From: Fistulifera solaris
Taxonomy: Eukaryota
Direction: 5' to 3'
Length of the DNA: 64,000 nt
NCBI GenBank assembly: GCA_030295235.1
Contig: AP026164.1
Location: 1,798,001-1,862,000 of the forward strand
Shown: positions 51,411 to 63,000 of the stretch, piece by piece
How positions within the stretch are numbered: position 1 is the first letter of the stretch
Layout of the letters: each line of letters starts with the position of its first letter
Translations under genes and position numbers: made by a program
Notes under the pieces: generated by a model
Seen by the model: the letters and a program-made list of their open reading frames with translations, nothing else
What the model was told of the DNA's origin: nothing
Database searches by the model: none

Positions 51411-52031
51411 GTTCTTGGCGTCTTTGCCGGTGATGTTTGAATGTACTTGGTCGCTGCCGATGCTTGTAGCAAGTGAATTAGTGGAAGCAAATGGGCCCTC
51501 ATATCCAACTGTTACTTGCAAAAATCAATCAGAGCATTCAGCATACATTTTTTCTGTTTTTTTCTGGCCTGTGAGGATCGACGAACGGACAACGGACAAC
51601 CGTATTTCCAACCCTACTGTAAAGTAGTGTGCCTTGTCTACGTTGAAAGTCTAGAAAGCTGAGCTTCACCGCGATTTCTTTTCTTGTTCATTAGACCCCC
51701 TTTGAAGAGACCATTGAGATAGCGATGTTAGGGCAAGGTTCGTTTTGTTCTGCATTGTTGAGTGTGTTGGAGGGAACGTTGTTTCACCTTTTTGATCGCA
51801 ACGCATTGCGACTCACTCGTGTGTGGGTGAGTCATGGATGTTGCATTGCGATCCTGCGAAAAAAACGGACGACGCACGACGCGCAGCGTGCTAACTGCTA
51901 ACAGAAAGCCAATCTTTTTTCTCACCCATCGTCGTTGTAAAGAAGAGGTTGCGATTTTACAAGTAATTGCAATATTTCCGTTTCTCTCCTTGTTTTTGTA
52001 CTAAGATTCTTTGCATTACATCTAAAAGATA

Positions 52032-54020
52032 ATGATGGTAGACGAAGAACTGAAACAGGAGATTGATTGTAACGATCAACAGCACAAAGAGTCCACCAAC
52101 GGCGATAATGATCCGGATACCGCTAAACTGGTCGATCCCATAGTATTAGCCAAAGGCAGCGAAGATACCGCTCAACTGATTGACAGCGCTGCGGCCACCC
52201 CGCTTCATTCGAGCATAGGCGATGCCACACTGGAAAAGCAGCAAACCAAACGGCTGGGTGCGACAGTCTATGGTCAGGCCATACAAGTGACAGAGAAAGG
52301 CGAATTTCCAGCCGTCGGTTCGATCCTCGGGCCGTACTTTTGTCTAGGGAAACTCGGCATGGGCACTTTTAGTAGCATTCACAAGTGCGTCAGCTTTCAA
52401 AAGGAGAATAGGCTCGCGGCGGCGAAAAGTGGAGTTAGGGGATTTTCAACAATCGGGTGTTCTGGAGTCGGAAGCCACCGTTCTCGATTTTTTGTATCGA
52501 AGTCTACCCAAAGGGACGGTGCCGACTTATATTGGCCATTACAAGAGTTCGAAGGGCGCCGCTCTACTCATGGAGTACTTGCCTGGAAAAGATATGCATT
52601 ACATGAGGGAAGATATTATGGCTACTAACAAAGATTCGAGTCGACGAATTGCCGTCAAAGATGCGGTCTATCTGACTGCAGACGTTATGCTACCTCTTTT
52701 GAAAGAAATACATCAGGTCGGAATTATCCATCGCGATGTGAAGCCCAGCAACTGTGTGAGAAGACAAGGCAAGGAATTCTGTATGGTTGATTTCGGTTTG
52801 AGTAAAAGTATTGTGGTGCCTGCTGATGCGGAAGTGGCCGACAAAGACCATGCTTGGCCCGATAGTCGATGGCTGAAGCCTCTCAATTACAACGGTCCTG
52901 GATGCTATAGAAAAGAACGAGCGAAGGCCGAATTTCGGGGAACTTCCATGTATGCCTCTCCTCGAGTGCATCAAGGCAGAGATTATTGTCCTCGAGATGA
53001 CGTTTGGAGCCTACTTTACGTCTTTTGTGACCTAGTTAGTGGTGGTCTTCCTTGGATGTCTCATGCCGCTGGTCGAGAAAGGGAAAGTTGCCAAGCTTTC
53101 AAGGAACGTATACATGCGAATGATGGTGAAGAATCAGCCCTATTGTTAATGGGTGATCACTATCATGTCGCTGCTTTCAAAAGAGAGAAACAGTTAGCCG
53201 CACAATCACAAAGCTCCGAGAGCAGAAGTGCCATATCATTACCGGAGCCACATCCGATGTCTAAAGACGAGCACAAGGTGAATCTCTTGCGAAAAGCGTT
53301 TCGCCACCTCTCTGAATTGCAGTTTTACGACACACCAGATTACAAGTTGATTCAGGAATGCATTTGGGGTTTCTTGGAGCTAAATGACGCGTGCAAAGAA
53401 CTGTCAATCGAAGAGATGCAATGGGGAAATACATCAAGTAAATCCGGAGCAGATGCTGTAAAGACTCGACCGATGAATTACCCGACCTGGGACATGATTG
53501 TGAGTGCAGACGATGAAAGTGCAATCGATGAGACTGTCTTTCAGGAAGTCGAGGTTCGAAACGGTTCCGCTTACGGCGGTTTACCTCTAGAATTTCAGTT
53601 TAAGATTGGGCAGATGGAGTACAACCAGACGCACGGAGTGAAAGTTCATCGCACTCTAAATGATTGGATGCAGGTGGCTCTTCCTTTGTTGTACAAAGAA
53701 TGGGATGCAAAGAAATTCGAGGACGGGGGCATCGCACCTCAACTGATGGGTTTCGACGAGATCGATTTTTGTCTTTGTTGCAATCCTGTTTGGATTGTGC
53801 TAAGAAAGAAGATTGTTTTCAATCACGTGATTGCTACTATTATAATGGAGAGGTGGACCCGACATCGAAGAGAAGAAAGGTCGATATTCAAGTCGCTCAT
53901 GAGTCCGATAGAAAATCTCCCCTGGTTTTCGTCTCCCGCGTGCTCGTTGGGCTTGAACGAGCCATTGAGCTTGAGAAGACCAAAAAATCTCCTCCACCCG
54001 CACGCATTTCGTTTTCGTAG
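52032..54020 (+). CDS. Tau-tubulin kinase / casein kinase 1 family protein kinase; frameshifts near 52428 and 53727
   Basis: LGMGTFSSI, AAK(V)E, IHRDVKPSN, VDFGL, FRGTSMYAS, RDDVWSLLY, LPW, PDY. Confidence 0.88.
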
Positions 54021-54057
54021 GCCGTGTACGAACACAGAGAAGTCAAATTAGAGATCA

Positions 54058-55942
54058 TTAAGAACAGCACTTTCTCTCCCTCTCCAATTCGTTTCTTTGC
54101 CGAATCTCATCGTCACTTGTCAGTGAGTCTAAGAGAGCCATTTCTTTGGCGGTGAGTTGAAATGATCCAAGAGACCGATTCTCTTTCATTCGCTCTAGAT
54201 GCGACGTTTTAGTCGCCATTATTAATTTCTTTTGCATCCCCCATTTTAGCATTAATTGGGCGCAAGTGACAGAATGAGTCAAAGCAAGCGTTTTAACAAC
54301 CGAATTATCGAAAGCTGTCGCGCGGTGGAGGGCTTTGTGGGCGAATACAACAACGTCTCTTTCCTGAAAGAAATCTACGTAGTCTTTCCTGTATATTAAT
54401 GGTGAAACTTCAATTTGATTCACGCAGGGCGGTACACTAATATCACTTCTCATCAGCTCCTCGTACTCTTCTGGAGTGAAATTGGAAAGACCAATTGCTT
54501 TTAACTTTCCTTCTTGGTATAACAACTCTAATTCTTTATAAGCGGCGACAAAATGGCCAGGAACAGGCCAATGCACGAGAAGCAAATCGAAATACCCGCA
54601 GCCAATATCACGCAAGCTCTTCTCGACGCTAGCTCGTACAGCCGTTGGACCTTCTCTGACAGCATCGTTCCACACTTTTCCAGTAATGAAAAATTCTGAT
54701 CGATCAAGGGCGCTTGCTTTGAGTGCAATCCCAAGGGTGCGTTCATTGCCGTAAACGGAAGCAGAGTCAAAATGACGATAGCCGGATGTTATGGCATTGA
54801 TAATTATTTTTCACCCTCCGAGTTATCTGGAACTTTACACAGTCCAAAAGGCTAATTGTGGAATTTGTGCACTAGTATTCAAAGTCAGACATGGTTCATT
54901 TTCGAAACCTGATCTTGCTGAACCTTGCAGCGGCTTAGCAAGCGATCCAGGTGGTGGGAGTTTTCCTACCCGGCGCAGTTCCTGCAGCAAAAATAATGCA
55001 CTGGATATTACCGGGAGAAAATCGGACATTTTATTGAGCAATATCGAAAATCAAAACCAAATTTCAATCTTCCACTTACATCATTGCTTTGGCGTCTCCT
55101 GATACTTGCCATAATTGTTCCATTGGGACGACCCGCAAGGATATGAACTCGCCGTGCTCACGCAGACCTAATCTCCCTCGCATTTCCTCTAATTCTGCTT
55201 TTGACACGGATAATTCGAGGTACATGTATCGAACGGACTCGTCGCATCCTCCCGGTGAGGGCGGAATCGATAATGCAGGTAAAGACCCGCTTGTAACAGC
55301 ACTTTCACAGGCTAAAGCAGTCAGATCGACTAAATCACCCGCATGAATTTCGATTCCACATTCCTCTTTCATTTCCTGAGCTGCTATTCCAGTTACAGTC
55401 TCGGCATGGTCATCTAACATGCCTGCCGGTATCTCAAGGGTCGAAACTTGACCAATAGGCACACGCGGCTGATCGACTAGCAACGAATGAACGCTATCGT
55501 CTTCAAAGCAATGAAGAGCGACTAAAATTGCAACAGCGTCACCTCGCAGAAAGCAAATGCCTGGGATACGGTGGTGGCTTTGTGCGTTGCTCGAGTCGTT
55601 TTCTAAAGTGCAATCCGATTTGATTTTGATGAATCCTACGCCTCTGAAAAATATTCTGTGAATCAAGGTATAATAATGAACAATCAACCAGCCAGCTACT
55701 CACCTTGCACCAAATATATCAATACTTTGGATCTCAACGCCATGAATTTGCATGTAGTTTCCATTCTTGTCCTGTTGGTTTTCACAGCGGTGATGCCAGC
55801 GAGTAAATATTTCCGAGTTGAGGGCCTTGATTGCATCAGCCTGGGCTACCCCGGGTGAAACCGTGACAGGGACTTTTTTCCCTTTGTACTCGAAAAAGAG
55901 AGCCTCGTGTTGATCATCCATGTTAACTGGTTCGTTAGACAT
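54058..55942 (-). CDS. Fusion of NUDT14-like ADP-sugar pyrophosphatase (Nudix) and aldo/keto reductase; introns 55644-55703 and 55001-55079; indels near 54848 and 54810
   Basis: Nudix: IQSIDIFG, PGICFLRG, QPRVPIG, EIPAGMLD, AAQEMKEECG, PSPGGCDE, GLREHGE. AKR: IPQLAFG, GYRHFDSASVYGNE, GKVWN, DLLLVHWP, KAIGLSNF, NQIEVSP. Confidence 0.85.
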
Positions 55943-56535
55943 GAGAAGAAAATTAAGAAAGGTAAGGAAAGGTCTGTATTACTATTGCTAAAATAAAATT
56001 ATCCACCTACGCCCAATTTGTTTCTTTGTTCCTCTCGTAGTTGTTCTTTCAATCACTTCTTGGGAACCGAGAACCGAGAGGTTAGGGTTCGGATTCTTGC
56101 GACGCATACAGCTGTTAAGGTTCGAGGTTTTAATAAGGATACCCCAAGGATTAATGATGAATGACTCTAACAGCAAGTGACCCAATTCTAGGGATGGAAA
56201 AAGCAAACTCAAACTCTCTTTGTTATTTTTACAGCTTTACTTGAAGGGAACAGTGATTGCACAAGTTGGAGGACGCACACGAAAGTGACGATCATCAATC
56301 CCAGCTCCAGCCAAATGACTGCTTCTCGACAGTAATCCTTGAAAACTCGAGAAAGGAGTACAATGCTTGTTGGTGCGGCTTGGAGCTTCCAAAATATGAA
56401 AACCAGATCAAAAGCCTCGCAAGTACCCATCATAATTTGATTTTTGGTAAAAAAGGACGTCTGGTGGCAGGATGTCGATCAGAAAGATCTTGCAGTGATC
56501 GATACAGGAATGCCACAAAGGTGAAACATTCGTTA

Positions 56536-57399
56536 TCAATGGATCCAAAAAGAGTGTAGCCAGTCAAATGGAACCTTTTCTCGCACATAATCGTTCAATG
56601 TGCCAAAAAATGACATGACATGTGACAGTGAAACGCTTACGTACTCCTTGTAACAATTGTGCTTTGAATCGCGAAGACGTTCATTCGCATTTAAGAGATC
56701 GTATCTGGTGATGAGTAGCTCAGCTTTCCTTTGCTCGAGTTGAGTCTCTTTTTCGGTAATATGATTTTCAAGCTGTGCCTTTGTCAAAGCTAGATCCCAG
56801 TTGCGCTGTTCCTGCCAGCGAAATTTTCTATTGTATGCGGCCTCAATTTCACGGCGTGATTCTTCCACAAATATTTTGGACGCCTCCTTTTCTTCAATTA
56901 ATTTACGTTCCAGCAAAAGAATTTTTTCATCCAAAGCATCCTTTGCTTGCCCGACATGGGAAACTTCAGTCTGCGCATTCTTCATCTCTTCCCGCAACGC
57001 CTCCATCTCGGTCTGTGATTCAAGCCACTTCGCGTGAGTAGCCTCAAGAAGTGCCTGAGTTTCAGAATATAAACGTTGTACGCGGATTAGCTCACTTGCT
57101 GTCTTTAGATTTTCGGTGCATATGGTTTCATCTTCGCTGTTAACCGGAGCCTGTTCGAGGATAGTGGTCTCCAATGATGCTACCAATGACTGGCAATCGG
57201 AGAGCTCGTCCTTTATTTTTTGGTGGAAATCATGCATTGTGTCATTCTTATCCGCGGAAAGCTCATCCGTTTCCGTGCGTTGTGGTCTATCCTTGAAGTA
57301 GCTTTCGTAAGGAGGCATGAACGCCCGTGCTAATGAGGAGAAAAGAAGGAGCAAGACTATTGATGCGGTTTGATGCCGGGAAATAAAAGAAGCAGTCAT
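56536..57399 (-). CDS. Hypothetical coiled-coil protein with signal peptide
   Basis: Intact 287-aa ORF; hydrophobic N-terminus ending LARA-F; heptad-rich body. Confidence 0.65.
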   Translation of the reverse strand: MTASFISRHQTASIVLLLLFSSLARAFMPPYESYFKDRPQRTETDELSADKNDTMHDFHQKIKDELSDCQSLVASLETTILEQAPVNSEDETICTENLKTASELIRVQRLYSETQALLEATHAKWLESQTEMEALREEMKNAQTEVSHVGQAKDALDEKILLLERKLIEEKEASKIFVEESRREIEAAYNRKFRWQEQRNWDLALTKAQLENHITEKETQLEQRKAELLITRYDLLNANERLRDSKHNCYKEYVSVSLSHVMSFFGTLNDYVREKVPFDWLHSFWIH

Positions 57400-57587
57400 G
57401 ATTTGTTACGCGTCGAAGAACCGGTACGAACAAATCACAGAATGATTAGTTGATTGTGGTACGTCTCTCTGGGTGAAGAGCAATACGTATAATGCTTTAG
57501 ATTAAATTACCAGGTATGATTGTCAAAAGTCGACTTCATCGTTAGCTTCCCATTAGAAAACAGAAAAGAGAAAAAAGCGAAGAGATT

Positions 57588-57981
57588 TGTTAAAATACTA
57601 ACGTACTGTGGAATCGAACCACAGAGCCATCCCAATCACGTCGTATTTCTACCCCGATCCATGATATATAAGCCACTCTGACTGACGTACAGACCCTCAA
57701 TCTGACATCCTCCCTGGCCTTATACTATCATGATCCGTACTGTTTATGCCCTTCAGCCTCCTCACTTGAGACCGCTTCCAGCCCTGCTCTTTTATCCTCC
57801 CGGCTTCTCAGGAGTCGGCAACAAACGCACCACGCGCGGGTTCGAACCCTGCACGTTACCATGTTAAAATACTAACGTACTGTGGAATCGAACCACAGAG
57901 CCATCCCAATCACGTCGTATTTCTACCCCGATCCATGATATATAAGCCACTCTGACTGACGTACAGACCCTCAATCTGACA
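57588..57981 (-). mobile_element. TRIM-type miniature LTR retrotransposon (394 bp): LTRs 57588-57707 and 57862-57981, TSD GAGATT
   Basis: Two identical 120-bp TG..CA direct repeats. 154-bp non-coding interior with a PBS (TGGTAACGTG on - strand) and a PPT (AGGGAGGA on - strand) abutting the LTRs. GAGATT at 57582-57587 and 57982-57987. Confidence 0.95.
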
Positions 57982-58239
57982 GAGATTCACCACGTCCACG
58001 TGGTAAGGTTAAGGCTATCAACTATCAATGTGCTTTCACCGTTCACTGTTCTCGGTTCATGGATGAAATCTATTTTTTAGAAAACCTGGTCGCATACGCA
58101 AAGCTCGAAAGACTTCACCCTTATTAAGGGTTTTGTCGAGGGACATTTGATATGAAGAGGGATCCACGTTCCAATAGAACGATACCCTAATGAGTGACTA
58201 AGAGCATAGTCACGCAAAAATTCGTCTATAGGTGAACAG

Positions 58240-59383
58240 CTATAAAACAATTTGGGTCCAGCAGTTGGAGCGGCCAATTCGCTTGTAGACAAGTGTTTTA
58301 TCACATCGATCGCCAAATATTTTGCAGTATGGAACGTCGCGTATCAGCTTAAGAGTTGCGCGAAGAGAATCGCAAAAGCTGTCTTCTTCGCAATCCGGTG
58401 ATGTACTCGTATACTGTAGCAGAAGGTCGTCGGGCATCTTCAAAAATGACTCCATTCCTCGAAATGGACTGTAGGCGAAGGGTTCGATGATGGTGTAGCA
58501 CGACTTTTCGCAATGAATTTGATTTAAACGAGGAGCAGCGGTGTTTCGTGTAAACAACCGCGCCGATCGAAGCACAGGCAGAGGGCCCGAAACGTCTTCG
58601 TCGCATCGAGCCAAGAAGGCATCACCCGATACTAGGTCAATAGCAAGTCCCCTACCTACTGGTGAGCCATTCCCCGAGTCGTTTAAACAGGAAATGGAGC
58701 AGGTTTTGAAGGCGAGACAGAGACTCTCTCGTTCCTCGTCCGCGATATCAGCCAGTAAGTGAATCATCCAGTTCGAGATGTTCTGAGAAGTCCCGTCTAT
58801 GTCATTAAAGCCACCCATTACGTGAACGGATATTGCAACCTTCTTCTCTCCCCCTCCAGTGGTGGTTGCGATGACGGACGACCATAGAGCGAATGCATTT
58901 CTCGTAGCTCGTTGAGTCAATGTGACTAAGACTTACAAGAGGGGCATTGTCGTCGGAGCAACTGCGCAGTGCTAGAATATGACATGTTGTTGCCTTGTCA
59001 CTCATAATGACATCGCATTGAGCAGGAACGGCGTGTGCTACTTCACCTTGTCCTACGTATAGAATGCGTTCCCTGGAGAAGCGCGAAAAATGGGCAGGGT
59101 CTACAGAGAGGAATGCATCGCGTGCATCCAGAATTTGCGGCAGACATTGCAGACATTCATCTACATCTAAGCTTGAGCCTGATTTTGGCAAGTAAATTGG
59201 CACGTCTTGACCCTCAGAGGTATCATCTATGCATTCAGAATCTCCGGAAACACGAAGGTTGGTTTGTCGCAAACTTACTTCCTCGGATCGGTTGGCTTGG
59301 AGCGCTTCTAAGGACGACACGCGCTTTAAAGCACTTTCGAGGCTTACGAGCGTTCCTGTTGAATCCGAATTGGCAATAACCAT
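58240..59383 (-). CDS. NTAN1: Protein N-terminal asparagine amidohydrolase; frameshift near 58850
   Basis: LYVGQGEVA, SDKATTCHILALR, SLSHID, VHVMGGFND, GPLPVLRSAR, LLQYTSTSPDCE. Confidence 0.85.
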
Positions 59384-60017
59384 GGTTGGTTCTCAAGAAA
59401 TGCTAGCGAATAAAGTCTTTTTCATTTTGTAATGACGGGAAAATCAGCGAATGCGTGGTACGATCAGAATTTAGAACTTTCTCCATCCTCCAGAACAACG
59501 GCATGAGCTTGAGAATCATTAAGATTCGTGGCCGTAGATCCAGTACCAAACATACGTGGTTAATGCAACGTCACGGCCATTTCTAACCGGAAGTTTCGTA
59601 CAAGTACCTGGTACGGTACCAGGGTATTCGTATTTTCGCATTTTGCTTTCGTATCCAAGGTTTTTACGGAGAAAGTGACAGACGATAACTGATTCTCTTC
59701 TGGCTCGGTGCGTTCCCGTGTGGGAGACACGGGAACGCACCTCTGCTTGGTACATTTCTCTACTGGGGCCTACGCGAAAGTACACAATTTCCCGCACCGT
59801 CCGTCCGTAAGCGGACTCAGGACTCGGGACTGAATCCTGGATCCTGGAACCAACAGACCGTACGCCGTACGTGCTCTTCGATCTCCGATCTCCCCCCCGC
59901 ATTTCTGCGTTTCACAACAAAGAACGATTGCTTCCGTTCATGTTATTCGTCCAAAGTTGTGGTTGACTGATCAAGCTACGTGCATCCGCTTTATCTTCTT
60001 CTCAATGATGCTACGAT

Positions 60018-63000
60018 ATGGTCGGGTTTGGATCATCGCTACGAATGGCCCGTCGTCCGGGATGGGAGGGTGCATATCTGGACTACGAAACATTAAAACT
60101 TCTCCTTTCTCAAATTGAATCCATTTACGAAGAAGAAGCCCAACGACCACGAGATGATGGTGTATTTTTGCGTGACGGCAGTCGGAAGGAACGAACCGAA
60201 AGAGATTTTCGTGTTGACCTTTTCCTTGAATCAGATTCAGATAACGCTTATCCGTCGGCGGATGAGGAGCGACCGGAGGGGTCTCGTCACTTGAAAGTAA
60301 TAGCTGAGCGACAGCCTGGTGCCTTTATCAGTACTCCCGGTCGTTCATTTGCAGTGACGTACTCGGATGACATAAATAGCTCGTCAGATGATGACGAACG
60401 GGTTCAAGACGCGGGCTGTGGAGGCGCTTTGGCTTCTTGGGTGATGAACACGAAGGCAGAGCGAATTACAAAAGAAGGTCAACCTCTAATGCAACGACAG
60501 AATCCCGGTAATGCAATTGCGTCTTCGTCTTATGATTCAGAAGACTACTACATCAGCAACCCCAAGCCATCAAATGGCGATGCTTTCATTCTCGAAGGAC
60601 GTGAAGAGGATAATCCTGAATCATCAATTTTAAGCGCACCTGTAAGGCGTGCACACATCGATGAGCGTAGTTCTCTTCTCGCAGCATCTTCGATAGCACA
60701 TTCGGGCAAAACTGCTTTTCCACCGGCCACTTTTTCTAGCGAAGAGAGCAATGATAGGTCTTTTTCTCCGGTACTCTCTCCCGTCCCCCTGTACTACACT
60801 ACGGGCCCAACAATAAATCCTCTCACGCCAAATGTTTCTCGTCAACTTGTTTCTCAGATGCCGAATAATAATCCTAACACCAATCGAAAACTTCAAGAAG
60901 AAAGAGAACGCGAACGTCGCGCTCGCCGCGAGCGGCGTAAGAGAACTCGCGAGGATAAAGTACCCAGGCGCCTTCGTCGAGCCCATGCAAAGGCACGCGC
61001 TATCACTGAACGATTCATCGGTCTTCTGTATGCTGAGTGTGAGAAAGTGGAACTTTTTGCTTTGGTATGTTGAGTTTTGTGAGTCATCGTTCGCTCGCGT
61101 GTCTTCTGACTTACAAATGATTCTGCTGCAGGCACGATTAGGGGAACTGGTCGAAACTGCAGGCAGTCTACGCTTCCCCGTCTTTTGATGACGAATATGG
61201 ATCTTTTCAGCATAACAGTGCAAATCATGGAGAAAACGTCCATTATCTTTCGGATCGAGGGTTGCACCCATCCGATTCGTCGTCATCAGGCGAAAGGCTT
61301 AATAGTGACGGACAAGGTATTTTTCCTTGGTCAGATAGCTCCGACGGAGACGCAGACAGTCATGGCACTGAACGTGCTGCATTACCGAGCACTTTTTCTG
61401 GTGACAGCGTGGGTCTTAAAGTTTCACCGCGGTCGCGATTGCCGACTGTTCCGGATATTTCACTTAGTTTGGTTGGTAAAAAAGTGGTCGAAAGCAGTGA
61501 TACCATTCGACAGCAGATCGCTCACTTCACAGCATTGAGACATAAAAGGCCAATATTTCAGCGAAATGAACTTGTTTTGGGGGAAGATATGCTTTTCTTA
61601 TCAGCCGGTGAAGAGGTAGATGGATATACCTCTGTCGGTGTCGAGCTTCTGCACGTCCTTCGCTTTATTTGTGTGAATCTTGTCGCTGTCAGGAAGATAT
61701 GTAGAAAGCACGACCGACTGCTACTTAACCGTATGCTCGGTGGTTATTACCAACGTCTTGGAGTCCGGTCGAATGTAGGGGGGCGACTGGACACATTAGG
61801 CGAATCAGTAAGTCGCGCCTCCCAGAAAAGTGAGAAAGTTCTTCTGGGTTTCTTTGGGAACACCTACAAACTTGTTGGAAAGCTCGACCATAGAATTCAA
61901 CACCTTGCGAACAGCCAGACTGTTAGAGTCATTTCATCTTGCTTATCGTCGGCCTTGTCTGAGTATGAGATATCAAGATCAAGAGCCGATGCGATGACTA
62001 AGTTAAATTCAGGGACTTTCACGTCTGTTACGCCGCTTAGGGCTGGCGGGGTGTCGATGGCGTCGTTGGTAAGAGAAAACCATTCGCTTAGGATAGAACT
62101 TGAGAAAACCGACGAAGCTTACACTAGTGATGCTCCTTCGACATCTTCGAGCATTGCGCTGACGCGATTAGAGTATACAGTTACAGCCATACACGCATTG
62201 CGAGAAGCCGCACGGGAGAAACACGGCTATTTTTCAAGCTATGTTTCTCGATCATGTGTGTCTTTCTGTGGCTACTATCCTCCCTGTGAAGGGCTAGATG
62301 GTTGTTCAAGAGAAACTTTGGATTTCTTGGTGGCTTACAATCCTGACTTAGCATTGCTACATAATGTAGATGTCTTGTTTGAGGGCTTGACGCGTGGTAA
62401 ATGGAGAGCGGTTCATTTGGAGGAGCTTTTCGCTAGTACGATTGTAGCTAGTTTGATCCCCGAACAAACTCCCTTGTCGACGGCGAAATCAATGATGGCT
62501 CAAGAATTCGATCGTGTAGCACGAGCGCTGGGATTGAAATCAGTTCTTTCTGATGAACCGTTCGAGAGTCCAAAGGGCCATGAAGTGAAAGTTCTTTCAC
62601 GGAGACATATAAGTTCGCTGCCTCGTGAGGTTTTTATCCTTAGTAGATGGGCGTCATTCCTCTATATGGTATGTGTCTGATGCGCCCTTGTATCCCGATT
62701 GGAACGATAAATTCTAATTCTTTTGCAGTTGAATTACTTCGTTGCTCATGCTACCTCGAATATATTTGTCATGTCTACTGGGTCCTCATCAGCGCTTGCG
62801 GCAACAATTATTGGAGTTCCAAACGTCGCGGCAATGCTTGTAACTTTTTTCCACTGTCTCATTTTATCTAATCAGCCAAATTCGCACCGTCAACACAACA
62901 ATGCCCGATTGCTAAGAGGTCTGTTTGCTTTGGCGAGTTTTTTTGCCATAATTGGCAATATTGTACATGCCCATGCCATCAATATTGGATCGATTCGCTT

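Noticed and set aside
55988..56559. Short ORFs between the Nudix-AKR and coiled-coil genes
   Set aside because: No recognisable domain or consistent exon structure.
57825..57861. Possible tRNA gene (GGTTCGAACCC...CCA)
   Set aside because: Only a T-arm and CCA end are present, with no convincing D or anticodon arms. It is the PBS of the TRIM.
57588..57981. CRISPR-like or simple tandem duplication reading of the direct repeats
   Set aside because: There are only two 120-bp repeats, with TG..CA ends, PBS, PPT and TSD. These are LTRs, and there are no cas genes in this eukaryotic DNA.
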